47,664 nt of DNA from Pseudobdellovibrionaceae bacterium (GTDB lineage Bacteria; Bdellovibrionota; Bdellovibrionia; Bdellovibrionales; Bdellovibrionaceae), in the NCBI GenBank assembly GCA_044359815.1, contig JBIKLL010000016.1, forward strand, positions 1-47,664. The letters are read 5' to 3'. Numbering within the stretch: the stretch's first letter is position 1; every line of letters starts with the position of its first letter. Under the pieces are notes generated by a model. That model saw only the letters and a list, made by a program, of their open reading frames with translations. It searched no databases and was not told where the DNA came from. A program made the translations under genes and the position numbers. Below, one piece after another: positions 9,143 through 19,900 of the stretch.

Positions 9143-11436
9143 TTAGAGGCGCTGGATCTTAAAATACCCAAGGTCTTAACGATGTTCATGCGGGTCACAT
9201 TATCGCCTGGGTAAAACGGATAGCCCACTAACAAATCAAAACCATCAGGCTTTTGTCCGTAGTAAACCAGGTACAAAAAGATTCTTTCTGGAAACTGTGC
9301 TGCCACCCAGGATTCCTGAGCTGCGATAAATTCGATAAATGACTTAAACCTAGGGAAAGCATTGCTGAGCTCGGCGCTGCTGAACAAGCCATCTTTATTG
9401 ACATCAAAAACAGTGGTCACAGCTTCGACGTACTGACCAATACCATTAAACAATCTCAGCTCACCGTATTCGACTCTGTTATCGTCTTCTTGCTCAGAAA
9501 CTTTCAACAAAGTCGTGGCAAATAATCTTCTGTCTGCCTCACTGAGTGTGCTTAGGAAAGTAACCATCTTAGGCATATTGACAAAATATTTTGAATACTG
9601 AGCCATAAACAAATCAATAAAACAATTCTGATTGGCAAAATGGTGTTCAAACACATCTAAATCTTGGCCTTCCAGGCAATTTATTTTCTTCAGGTCATCA
9701 TACATCTGATTAGCCATGGTCAATCCAGCTGACACCATCATATTTACGAGCTCGTAAAATTCTGTGGCCGACAGGATTTGGTTCCCATTTCCATTAAATG
9801 TAAAGAAATTGGCTTCTTTGAATGCCCGTTTCGCCGAGGATTCTACCCTAGGGTCCAGAAATTTTACGGCGATTCCGAATTCTTTAAATTCGCTTTCGAT
9901 GGCCATAAATCTTTCTTCGGTTAAAGTTCGCTGCATGACTTTGTGAGAATCCGCATGAGTCAGTCCGTATCCCTTGAACACCATACGAGTGAAGGTCTTT
10001 ACGGTGTTCATCACAGTCATGCTGTAAATGGAAACCTTCTGATTATGCATTTTAGGAGTCATGGCAACCCTGAAATCTTCGGTCAAGATCATTGGGAAGT
10101 CTTTAGTCAACAGATCGATCCAATCCTTAAATCCCTGATTAACGATTTCGCTGGATTCTTTGATGTTACGATTTTTGAATTTAAACAATACATTCTGAGG
10201 CTTAAATTTCTTGGCTCTTTGCTGGACCAGCTTCATGGGCACGCTGCCCTTTTCGCCAATGGTGTCGATGACAAATTTCTGTGATACCTTCCACACAGAA
10301 TATTCATCTTTTAAAACGTTTAAATGTTCTTGTTTAAAATACTCAAGCTCATTGATACTGCGACCCATGCCGCCCCTGCCCTCAAGGCAATACAACAGGA
10401 ATTTTTTAAATGTTTCCTTAATTAACTGAGCACTAAAGTTTAAATCAACTATGCCTTTGCCACTGAGCTCATCAATGATTTGGTCAAAATACGACAGCTT
10501 AAAGCCACCGTTTCTTTGCATCATCGGAGCTCTTTCCATCAGTTCAAAACCTTCTTCAACAAGCGGAAATATCACATCCCAAGTTTTCGGTTTGTTAAAA
10601 TCGGGGTTAAAAATTTGATAAAAGAATTTAAGGCCCAGTCCGTACAGATCCACTGACCATTTTCTGGAATTTTCCAGCTGATCAAAAGAATTATTGATTT
10701 GCTGTTCACCAAAAAACAGATTCTTTACGCTTTCAATCAAAGGCATCCATTTATTAATGGCTTCCAATTGCTCTGGATCATCAATAAATCGCCCCAAAAA
10801 CAATACAAAATTTCTGGCATCACCAAAAGAATAATTAGAACCCGCCAAACTGGTGGCTGCTAGCATCGATTTGCTGACTTGATGAGACAGCTCTATCAAT
10901 TTTAAGATCTTTGTAGGATCAGCCATTGGACGTTCACTTTTGAAGGTCAGCTCACGCATGGATCCGAGCAACTTCACTGCTTGACCTTTGGCAGTGATTA
11001 GGAATTTCTGCAATTGAACGATTTCTTCTTTAGAGACTGCTTTGTTGGATCCACCAACAATGGCCGCCTTGGCCTTCATGATTTCTGACAAAAACTCATC
11101 AGAAATTTGATTTTCAGTTAATAAATATGAGTTGAAAAAATGCTGCATCTCTTTATCAGTGCATGCGTTTTCGATCGAAGAACAACTGACCATTGAGCCC
11201 AGTTTATGTAAAGCTCTGTCTAGTAGCTTAAATGGCTTATCCAAGTCTTTTTCTGAAAGCTCGTCCTTTAAAAAACTTTTAATATAACTAGGTAACAACT
11301 TAAGGTCTTCCAAGTCTTTATCAACAATAACCACGGTGTCTGCAGGTTTGTTTTCATCACGCTTGTCGTTGATAAATTCAGTACAAGAAACCAAAATAGT
11401 GGCAAACAATAAAACAAAATATTTTTTAGAAAACAT
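9139..11436 (-). CDS. Large helical lipoprotein with EF-hand-like motifs (paralog of 36764-39751)
   Basis: Lipobox LVSC after MFSKK start; NGNGNQILSATE and DVNKDGLFSSAE loops; K..IVGG repeat. Confidence 0.8.
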   Translation of the reverse strand: MFSKKYFVLLFATILVSCTEFINDKRDENKPADTVVIVDKDLEDLKLLPSYIKSFLKDELSEKDLDKPFKLLDRALHKLGSMVSCSSIENACTDKEMQHFFNSYLLTENQISDEFLSEIMKAKAAIVGGSNKAVSKEEIVQLQKFLITAKGQAVKLLGSMRELTFKSERPMADPTKILKLIELSHQVSKSMLAATSLAGSNYSFGDARNFVLFLGRFIDDPEQLEAINKWMPLIESVKNLFFGEQQINNSFDQLENSRKWSVDLYGLGLKFFYQIFNPDFNKPKTWDVIFPLVEEGFELMERAPMMQRNGGFKLSYFDQIIDELSGKGIVDLNFSAQLIKETFKKFLLYCLEGRGGMGRSINELEYFKQEHLNVLKDEYSVWKVSQKFVIDTIGEKGSVPMKLVQQRAKKFKPQNVLFKFKNRNIKESSEIVNQGFKDWIDLLTKDFPMILTEDFRVAMTPKMHNQKVSIYSMTVMNTVKTFTRMVFKGYGLTHADSHKVMQRTLTEERFMAIESEFKEFGIAVKFLDPRVESSAKRAFKEANFFTFNGNGNQILSATEFYELVNMMVSAGLTMANQMYDDLKKINCLEGQDLDVFEHHFANQNCFIDLFMAQYSKYFVNMPKMVTFLSTLSEADRRLFATTLLKVSEQEDDNRVEYGELRLFNGIGQYVEAVTTVFDVNKDGLFSSAELSNAFPRFKSFIEFIAAQESWVAAQFPERIFLYLVYYGQKPDGFDLLVGYPFYPGDNVTRMNIVKTLGILRSSASK

Positions 11437-12874
11437 AACCCACCCCCATCGTTGCCATGTCGTTGTCACGGTAGGTTTTTAACGGGATTTCATTGGCAGC
11501 GACTTCGTCACCAACATTGATGAATTCAAAGCCTCCATAGACTTGAAATCGTCTTTGGAAAAAATACTGCAGATTGAAATTCCACAATGTAAAATCAGCT
11601 TCAGCTCCCCTTAAAACCTTAGTCATCAAAGTGATGGAATCAGATTTTTGTAGGGCAATTCTGGAGCTCAGGACCAAAGAAAAGGCATCGCCAAAAAAAT
11701 ATCTGGGAAACAAAACGCTTGTGTAAAGATCTTTATTTGATTCGTCCTGAGTCACAGTGTTTGGTTTATCCTGTTGAATCTTGAGATAACTGAGTGTCGT
11801 TTTAAAATATTTGTTTTTAAACCCCACAAATGGACTGATCAACAGTGATGGTTTGTATTCGAAGCGGCTGTATTTTGAATCAAACTGAGGATTTTCTGGA
11901 GCTTCATAAATGGCGCCAATTCCTGATTCAACATTTTGGGCCGTGTACTTCAGATCAGTTGAAAACACATTGTGGTACCAAGCTTTCGGAAAGACTTCGA
12001 CGGGAGCCTTGTCACCGCTGGCTAAGCTGATTTTCAATTCAGAAGCATGAACACCAATCATCAATTGGTTGGCCGGTTTATAAGCATAGCTGGTATTAAA
12101 ATAAAAACCCTTATCCAAGTCGCCCTTGTAAACCCTGACTGCAAAGCTAGAGTTCACAACGATTTCTTCAACCTTGGGTTTTATAACTTGATAGGAAAAT
12201 GGAACCGCTTTTCCTTTAAAGCTGACCTTGTCCGGTGGATTTCTGAAAAAGGGATTACTGGAAATAAATTTGCCGTTTTCGTCGATATCAAAATTAGGCA
12301 ATTGATCAGGGATGTACAGGGGACTGGCGAACACAACTAAACCAAACTGATTTTCATTTTCAATCTGCCAAAACAATCCAGTCAGACCCTGTGCGCTGGG
12401 ATCCAAAGGGTCCCATCTGAATTGAGGCTGAAAAAGACCAATGTTAAATCTGTCATCAAGGCCACTCCAGTCAGACTTTTTTCGGCCCACTGCCAGTCCG
12501 CCATTTTTGAAATAACCTTCCTCGATATTTAGAAAATTTAAAACGGGAGCGCCCGGAGAAACAGCGCCGTGGGTTTTAAGATTAAAACCGTTTTCACCAA
12601 AGGCATTGTTAAAATCCCCGCCCACGAATCCAAAAGAATTTTTATCTGTTCGATCGTAATATTCGCTGACAAATTGATCTGAAAAAATCTTAAGACGGGC
12701 TTCTCTTGCGGGTATTACAGAGCTTTCGGGCTTTAAGGATGTTGCAGAAGTTCTCGGTTTCAGCAGATTGGACGGAAGCATTGTTTGCCCTTGAGTTTGC
12801 TGTACAAACCCTGCGCTCAGAACGATTATAGCTGCCGTATAAACCGTGATATTTTTTACTTTCAAAAACTTCAT
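11426..12874 (-). CDS. Predicted outer-membrane beta-barrel protein (paralog of 39741-41159)
   Basis: Signal peptide, amphipathic strands, and C-terminal beta-signal MGVGYVF. Confidence 0.8.
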   Translation of the reverse strand: MKFLKVKNITVYTAAIIVLSAGFVQQTQGQTMLPSNLLKPRTSATSLKPESSVIPAREARLKIFSDQFVSEYYDRTDKNSFGFVGGDFNNAFGENGFNLKTHGAVSPGAPVLNFLNIEEGYFKNGGLAVGRKKSDWSGLDDRFNIGLFQPQFRWDPLDPSAQGLTGLFWQIENENQFGLVVFASPLYIPDQLPNFDIDENGKFISSNPFFRNPPDKVSFKGKAVPFSYQVIKPKVEEIVVNSSFAVRVYKGDLDKGFYFNTSYAYKPANQLMIGVHASELKISLASGDKAPVEVFPKAWYHNVFSTDLKYTAQNVESGIGAIYEAPENPQFDSKYSRFEYKPSLLISPFVGFKNKYFKTTLSYLKIQQDKPNTVTQDESNKDLYTSVLFPRYFFGDAFSLVLSSRIALQKSDSITLMTKVLRGAEADFTLWNFNLQYFFQRRFQVYGGFEFINVGDEVAANEIPLKTYRDNDMATMGVGYVF

Positions 12875-13054
12875 TACACCCTTAAATCATTAATAAAATA
12901 CCTAGAGTATTTACTTTCAAGAACAGGACCTGCCTCCAAAAAGCACACAGTGATACTAGAGAACTGAATTTTGTCAAAAAGATTAACACACAGCCATATT
13001 TCGGCATGCTTATTTCGAGCACTTACTTTTCAATGTAAAGTTGTTAAAAGCTTT

Positions 13055-14107
13055 ATGAAATTGAAAAACTCAAAACGAAAAATTTTAATGCTACGCTTTT
13101 CAAGTCTGGGCGATGTGACTCAGGCCCTCAGTGTTCCCACCAGACTCAAGGAGTTAGCTCCAGAAGGTGAAATTCACTGGGTCACAAAGTCCATTTTTTC
13201 TGAGTTAATTGAAAATCACCCTCATGTAGAAAAAGTTTGGTCCGTTCAAAAAAAAATGGGTTTAACTGGTTTTTTTATTTTAATAAAAAATCTGCGCGCT
13301 GAAAAATTTACCCATATTTATGACGCGCATAATTCATTGAGAAGCAAAATCATTTGCAGCTTTTTGCGATTTCCATGGGATTTTTCCAGAGCTTTTTCAC
13401 AACCTGAGTTTCTGCGAAAATCACAAAAGAGATTTTATCGATTTTTGCTGTTTCGTTTTCGAATAAATTATTTCAGGCAACCCTTTTCGGGCCAAAGAGA
13501 TTTGCTGGAGCCCCTTTCCGAATGGGGACTGATAGAAGAACTGCCCCCAGCGCCGCAGCTGGTGATACCCAATTCTGCCAATGAAAAAGTGGATCAATTT
13601 ATTTTGCAAAATGATTTTGCGACGAAGAAGTTTATATGCCTGGCACCCAGTGCTGCCCATTTTTTAAAACGTTGGCCAGTTGATTATTGGAAAAAGCTGA
13701 TCAAACTCAATCCCGATAAATACTTTGTCTTATTGGGCGGTCCCGAAGATTTATTTTTATCTGAAATTTCAACTGAATTTCCAGGACAGGTTTTGAATTC
13801 TGCGGGACAGTTTTCGTTGATCGAAAGCGCTTCAGTGATTTCAAAATCACTGGGATTAGTATCCAATGATACAGGGGTTTTGCATATAGCTGAGCAATTG
13901 GGCAAAAAAACCATCGCCTTGATGGGGCCTGCACCCTTTGGATTTCCTAGCCGTAAGACAACTCAAATTCTAGAGCTAAAATTGGCTTGCAGACCTTGCA
14001 GCAAACACGGACAAGCCCCTTGTAAAAACAAATCTCATCATGAGTGCCTGCGGGGAATACTGCCCGAATTGGTTTCTTTTCAATTGCAAAAAATGTTGTT
14101 AGATTGA
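13055..14107 (+). CDS. Glycosyltransferase family 9, LPS heptosyltransferase (WaaF/WaaQ-like)
   Basis: RFSSLGDV, KRWP, SNDTGVLHIA and CRPC motifs. Confidence 0.9.
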   Translation: MKLKNSKRKILMLRFSSLGDVTQALSVPTRLKELAPEGEIHWVTKSIFSELIENHPHVEKVWSVQKKMGLTGFFILIKNLRAEKFTHIYDAHNSLRSKIICSFLRFPWDFSRAFSQPEFLRKSQKRFYRFLLFRFRINYFRQPFSGQRDLLEPLSEWGLIEELPPAPQLVIPNSANEKVDQFILQNDFATKKFICLAPSAAHFLKRWPVDYWKKLIKLNPDKYFVLLGGPEDLFLSEISTEFPGQVLNSAGQFSLIESASVISKSLGLVSNDTGVLHIAEQLGKKTIALMGPAPFGFPSRKTTQILELKLACRPCSKHGQAPCKNKSHHECLRGILPELVSFQLQKMLLD

Positions 14108-14112
14108 TTTTG

Positions 14113-15345
14113 ATGATTATTTTTTGGTTTTACCGCAATGTCGTATTGAATTTTTTAGTTTTTTTGTTGCAGATAGCAAAACCCTTTCATTCGCGAAAAA
14201 TCCAAGAGTTTTTTTTGGACCGAAAGAAATCCAATCTGCAGAGTTTGCCTAAGAATGCAGTTTGGGTTCATGCTTCCAGCGGCGAAATCGAATACGCTAA
14301 AGAACTAATTCGTCTGTTTAAAAAAGATCACAAAGTCGTGATTTCTTATTTTTCACCCTCTGCAAAAAAGCTGATTGAAAATATCGAATGTGATGGAAGC
14401 TTTGCCCTACCGATAGATTCAATATCCAATGTCAAAAATCTGTTGGAACAATTGCAACCAAAAACACTGGTGATTTCAAAGACTGATCTATGGCCGGAAT
14501 TAATTTATCAGTGCAAACAAAACAAGGTTCCGACCGTATTGATTGCTGCCAGTTTTAATCGGAATTGGTTCAATTGGGGAAGATTATCACTGAAGGCTTT
14601 TTGTCTGAACCAACTTTCCAAGATTTTTTGTGTGCGAGAAGAAGATCTGAATTTTGTAAAAACCCGTTTTCCAAAAATCCCCAGTGCCTTGGTGGGCGAC
14701 CCCAGAATGGATCAAATCGAATTTAGAATCAGTCATCCCAAAAAAATTAAGGATTTTTTAAGACCAAAAACACCAACAATTGTACTGGGTTCGACGTGGA
14801 CTCAAGATGAAAATGAAGTTTTTGATTTGGATTTTTATTCTGAAGTGGGTTTGAGTGTTATCATTGCTCCTCACGAGCTCAGCGCTGATCACATTGAGCA
14901 AATTCAGGTTAACGCCAGATATTATGGCTATTCGACACTGATGTATTCCAGTGCTGAAATTTCTGATCACGATTGGTCCAACAAAAAGCAAGTCCTTATC
15001 ATCGACCAAGTAGGAATTTTGCCCGAAATTTACCAATGGGGAAGCATCGCTTTTGTGGGCGGATCATTTAAATCTAAGGTTCACAATATTATGGAGCCTT
15101 TGTCCTGTGGACTGCCTGTTATTGTCGGCCCCTACAGTCAAAATTCTTTCGAAGTTCAAAAGTTTAGAAATTTGAAATTGGGTGACGTCCCTTTGGTTCA
15201 GATCGTGGAAGATTTTGAGGATTTCAAAGAAGCGATTTACAAAATCCCAAGGCAAATTGACACAGAAAGATTGAACCAATTGCTGGCATCACACAAAGGT
15301 GCAAGCCAAAAAATTTACACCCAGTTAAACGGTAATTTTTTGTAA
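14113..15345 (+). CDS. waaA: 3-deoxy-D-manno-octulosonic acid (Kdo) transferase
   Basis: WVHASSGE, DLWP, GSTW, APHE, AFVGGSF and HNIMEP motifs. Confidence 0.88.
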   Translation: MIIFWFYRNVVLNFLVFLLQIAKPFHSRKIQEFFLDRKKSNLQSLPKNAVWVHASSGEIEYAKELIRLFKKDHKVVISYFSPSAKKLIENIECDGSFALPIDSISNVKNLLEQLQPKTLVISKTDLWPELIYQCKQNKVPTVLIAASFNRNWFNWGRLSLKAFCLNQLSKIFCVREEDLNFVKTRFPKIPSALVGDPRMDQIEFRISHPKKIKDFLRPKTPTIVLGSTWTQDENEVFDLDFYSEVGLSVIIAPHELSADHIEQIQVNARYYGYSTLMYSSAEISDHDWSNKKQVLIIDQVGILPEIYQWGSIAFVGGSFKSKVHNIMEPLSCGLPVIVGPYSQNSFEVQKFRNLKLGDVPLVQIVEDFEDFKEAIYKIPRQIDTERLNQLLASHKGASQKIYTQLNGNFL

Positions 15346-15489
15346 TTTACCTCTGATTTCAGCCGTTTTTCGGCATTTTTGGTCCTCTGTCTAAAACTTT
15401 AACAGCCTGAGCCTTGTATAAGTGAACCTTAATCTATTAAGAATCTGCACGATTTTTGTAGTTTAGAACATTTATTATAGAGGTGTGAA

Positions 15490-16989
15490 ATGACAGACAA
15501 ATTGGCTCAAACAATAAACAATCAATTGGCTACACAAAATTGGATTCAAAAGCGGTTCAAAATATCAGCAGGATTATTTTTTATAACTGTGCTGCTGATA
15601 ATCACCAGCATGATCCCAGCTGCCTTTGCGGCCGAGCAGGCGCACATCACTGTGCATGCAAATCAGGTCACGATCACACAGGGACCAGATGCAAAAGCTC
15701 AAAAGCAAAAACCAGCTAAACGTAAAAAAGCCAAGACTCAAAAACAAGCTGGCAAAGTCGGCGCGCCCGTCAAAGCGGCTGCTGCTAAAAACGTTCAGCA
15801 AAAGCCTGTGCCTGCACCCATTGATTATTCAAACACAGTTAGTCAAACTCCAGATTCAGTCTTGGTTGCCAGCAATGAATACGATTTTTCAAAGAGCGAT
15901 TTAAACACACCTTTGTCGACCATGGATTTACCAAAATCGAACGATTCAAAAATCCAAAAATTAACAGGTTCTTGGAGTGCCTGGATTGCCGCCTATCAGT
16001 TTCAAGACGAAACTTCCAAAAAATCAATTTCTGAATTGAATGTGCAAATCAATGCTGAATACCAAGCAAATTCTTATTTAAGAATTTCTTTGTGGCCAGC
16101 GTTTAGCAGCGAAACCGGTAATGCTCAAAACCGCAATCAAGAGGAAGCTAATTCATCGGCATTTTCTGTTAAGCAAGCTGCGGTTTTTGCGGGTACAGAA
16201 AACGTTGAAGCTGGATTTGGTGCATTGAACCAAAGACCAGCAGTAGGAAGGTTACTGATTAAAAACACAGCGTTTCCAGCTGTGAGCTTAAAGTTACAGA
16301 CAAACAGCACTGCCACACAGGTTGTACAAGTGGGAGTCAGCGGCGAAGCTGCCATACCGACCTCAGTAAATTTAGCGACTGAAAATCAAACTTTCGAAAA
16401 AACTCCGACCTTTTCCAATGCAAAAGTATTTTTAAAATTACAATCCGACATGATTGAAGGTGGATTAAGCGCTGGGTATTGGGAATACAAAAATTTGCCA
16501 TCAAGTGTCGCTAAAAAATCTTCTGCTAATGGAAATACTATTGATTCATTGTCCAATACTGCGGATTTGTCGGCCTTTGCTTATCAATATAAAGGATATT
16601 TTGCGAATGCAGACACGACACTGCATCTATCAAATTATTTTGACACTGGTATAACAGCAAATTATGTGCGCAACAATTCGGCACCAAATAAGCTAAATCA
16701 AGGTTATCGACTGAGAAGTTTTGCGACAATTAATTTTAGTGATGAATTTTCTTCCGGTCCGTATTACGAGTTTTATCGCATTGAACCTGACACAGTTGTC
16801 GCGGCCTATGGAACTGATTCTCTGATGCCCAACACAACAGGTTATAAAGCAGGTTTAGAACTAAAATTTTCGAAGTCATTTACTTTAGCATTTAGTGGAG
16901 GGGAACAAATTGCTTTGTATGAATCACCAACTCAGACCAGACAACGTGTTTATGAAATCTCTTTGGAGACAGTTGATGTCAGTTTTTAA
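15490..16989 (+). CDS. Predicted outer-membrane beta-barrel (putative porin, Porin_5-like) with Lys/Ala/Gln-rich N-terminal linker
   Basis: RBS gaggtg; signal peptide ending AFA; RIEPDTVVAAY...TTGY motif; terminal Phe. Confidence 0.7.
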   Translation: MTDKLAQTINNQLATQNWIQKRFKISAGLFFITVLLIITSMIPAAFAAEQAHITVHANQVTITQGPDAKAQKQKPAKRKKAKTQKQAGKVGAPVKAAAAKNVQQKPVPAPIDYSNTVSQTPDSVLVASNEYDFSKSDLNTPLSTMDLPKSNDSKIQKLTGSWSAWIAAYQFQDETSKKSISELNVQINAEYQANSYLRISLWPAFSSETGNAQNRNQEEANSSAFSVKQAAVFAGTENVEAGFGALNQRPAVGRLLIKNTAFPAVSLKLQTNSTATQVVQVGVSGEAAIPTSVNLATENQTFEKTPTFSNAKVFLKLQSDMIEGGLSAGYWEYKNLPSSVAKKSSANGNTIDSLSNTADLSAFAYQYKGYFANADTTLHLSNYFDTGITANYVRNNSAPNKLNQGYRLRSFATINFSDEFSSGPYYEFYRIEPDTVVAAYGTDSLMPNTTGYKAGLELKFSKSFTLAFSGGEQIALYESPTQTRQRVYEISLETVDVSF

Positions 16990-19900
16990 CCCGCGAATTT
17001 TGATTCGCTTCTTATTGTTGACTCAAGCAGCGGCGCTGACGGCGTGTTCGCTTGATGGCACACAAGAAAGTCCCGCAGAACGAGCTGCTAATAGCGGCTA
17101 TTTCTTTGTGGACAGCTCATCTGTAAACGAAAATATGGCTTACCTGACTGACGGAATCAGAACCGCTGCTGATTTGGATTACCGAGCATGCATTAAAAGA
17201 TCTGACACAAAAACTCTGATCGAAGAAGGTCAGAAATTTGAAATTGAACCACTGTATGACTCAACCCTGGCAAAAAAATCTGTGATCAGCAACAAAGACG
17301 GCTGTTTCGCCTGGAGTAATAAAATTTCTTTTAATCCTAACGTAAAGGGCCAATATGTAGAGGCTCGTTTTAAAATCACGGGCCTGGGTAACTACCCCGG
17401 AGTAAAAGAAATCAGTTTTGCAGTTAACCCTTGGGATCAAAAATATTATTCTGTGGTCAGTGACGCTTTTGATCCTAATTCTATGGTTACTTTCGCTGAA
17501 GCAGTGGCAACTTTGAATGGAACTAAAACCTCAGGCCCTGATGCAAAGGCCATTGGCAGCGACAAAGCTTTTATTGTCATCAATGATTTACGATTAAATA
17601 CGGTTTCCTTAGCTGCAGGAAATCCTGCAAAGCTATCTTTAAACCTGCGAACTGATTTGCAAGCTCGATTTACAAATAAAGCAGGCCATCCCCGATTTGA
17701 GGCCATTCCTTTTGGTTCACTGAAAGTCGAAATGGGCATCATCAGTTCTATGCCCATCAATGGCAAAGAAGAGCGGCGAATGCTTTCACCAATGACGGAA
17801 GCAAAACTGCTATTTTCGAATGGTTATTTTAATCCATCAGGAGTTTTAGAATTTAAAAAAATCCCTCAGTTAGGTCAGTTTTATTTGGCACTCAGGATTT
17901 CCCCAGTTGATCCCAAATCACCATTGGCAGTTTATGAAGGTGTGTTTTTGTGGGGCAACTACCTATCTGTGCAGCCAAGCTCTTTTTCCAGAGCTATAAT
18001 CGCTACGACTTTTGAAACCCCAGATTTTTCATTGAATAATTTTTTAGCTGAGGCCAAACCGACTGACGCTGGCGACAGCGTATTTTTGGATTCGACCTAT
18101 TTTATACCTAAAACCAATGGCGTTTGGGTGACTCAGAAGGAATTTCCATCTGATAGCATTTTTAACCAAAGACGCCGATTGATTTTCACAATTAATATTT
18201 ATTCAGCCATCGATAATCAACCAGTCAGATCTCAAAATTTTGAAGTCACCAAACTGAACGGCGAAAAAGTGACCCTGAAATCCAATGAGGCTGGTGCTTT
18301 AAATTTTTACGAAGATTTAGAATACAATTGGCTGGGGCAAGAGTGCTCTTACACAAAGCCTATCACTGTCAGGGCCTTACAGGCTGATTTTCAAAAGGTC
18401 ATACCCATAGAATACAATCCTTGGAACCAACAGGCTGGTGCGGTTTTAGACGTCAGTGGCCTGGACAAGCCTTCATTGGAAAAAGACTGTTTGCAGGAAC
18501 GTTCGACTATCGTTCCGATGATGTCTGGATTTGTAAAACAAAATCTTTTTGCAGATGTTGATGCTCATTTAAATTTAAAACTGACAAAACGTTTTAATAT
18601 CAACGTGTGGGCGAATGTTAACAGACCAACGAAATCGTCCCTGTTTAACAAACAACAAGCCTATATCCCTCCAGGTTATTACATCCTTAAATATGCTTAC
18701 TATGATCCGTTAGTGACTCCAGAAAAAGTTCTGTTTGCCACAAAAGGCTTGGTCAAAGCTGATGCCTATGGGGCTTTTATGGCAAACATAGATGTTTCGA
18801 CCATGGATCCGATATTTCAGTTTTATAATTTAAATCTGGCTATTGAAGTCATCCCTGCTAATCAAATCAAAGCGGCTCAATTGTGTGGTCAGGTCAAAGG
18901 CTGTTTAGATCGCATCGATAAACAGGATTTTATAAAACTGTCCGAACTGGGATTGCAGTCTGAGGAAGCATTGCTGGATCCATCAATGCATATTGAAAAT
19001 AAGACTTATTATTCTCCGTTTATGTTGTCAGACAGAATGCCATCAATATCCTTTAAGGCGGAAACAGCTCAGAAAAATTTATTTGAAAAATTGTATGGCT
19101 ATTACCAAGCTGATTTAAAACTTCACACCGAGAAGCTATCCAAGATAAATCCAAAAGCCGCTTTTGTTGCAAAACAAAAATCAGTTTTTGTTGATTTGGC
19201 AAATTCAAAATCTGCCAATGGTTTTATCGAAAATTTCAATAAAGGATCCTTTGGCCCATGGCCATCATCCAGAATCGCGATCACAAAAGAGGAATTACAA
19301 AAAGCCGTTGCCAACAGTACGATCAACAAATATTTGGAGCCTTGGATTTGCGCCTATTGGATCAATGGAATCTTGAAAAACCAGCCAGCTATCACAAACA
19401 ATCCAGCTAAATTAAGAATGGCTAAGCAACTGTGTGAAACTCAGGTGCAAAGCAGTGCTGTCACCCGGTCGTTGGGATACAAATATGAGCTGAGCAATCT
19501 GTTTGAAGTTCACTATGTTTATTTTGTTGAAAACCCTCAAAACACCGAGCGCACTCGTTTTGTAAATGCATCTAGGCAATATAATTTTCATAAGTCTTCA
19601 AGCTTTTCTAGGGACAGAAGCTATTCAGAAGGCTACAGTCTTGGAATAGAACTTGAGCCTGTATTGGCCTACGGTTTGAGTTTTGGCAAATTAGCTTTTG
19701 GCGGACAGGGCGCTTACAGTTGGAATTGGACTACAGGTGAAGGCCGTCATGAAACCTTTGCTGCTGACATAAGCGGAACCATTGATAAGTTGGTTATGCC
19801 TATTCAGGTTTCCAAATACGAAAAATGCGCGTTGATAAGACCTAATTCTGCTGCGGCAAAAAGTGGGTCGTATTTTATGCAGCTTTTAAATCATAAACCC

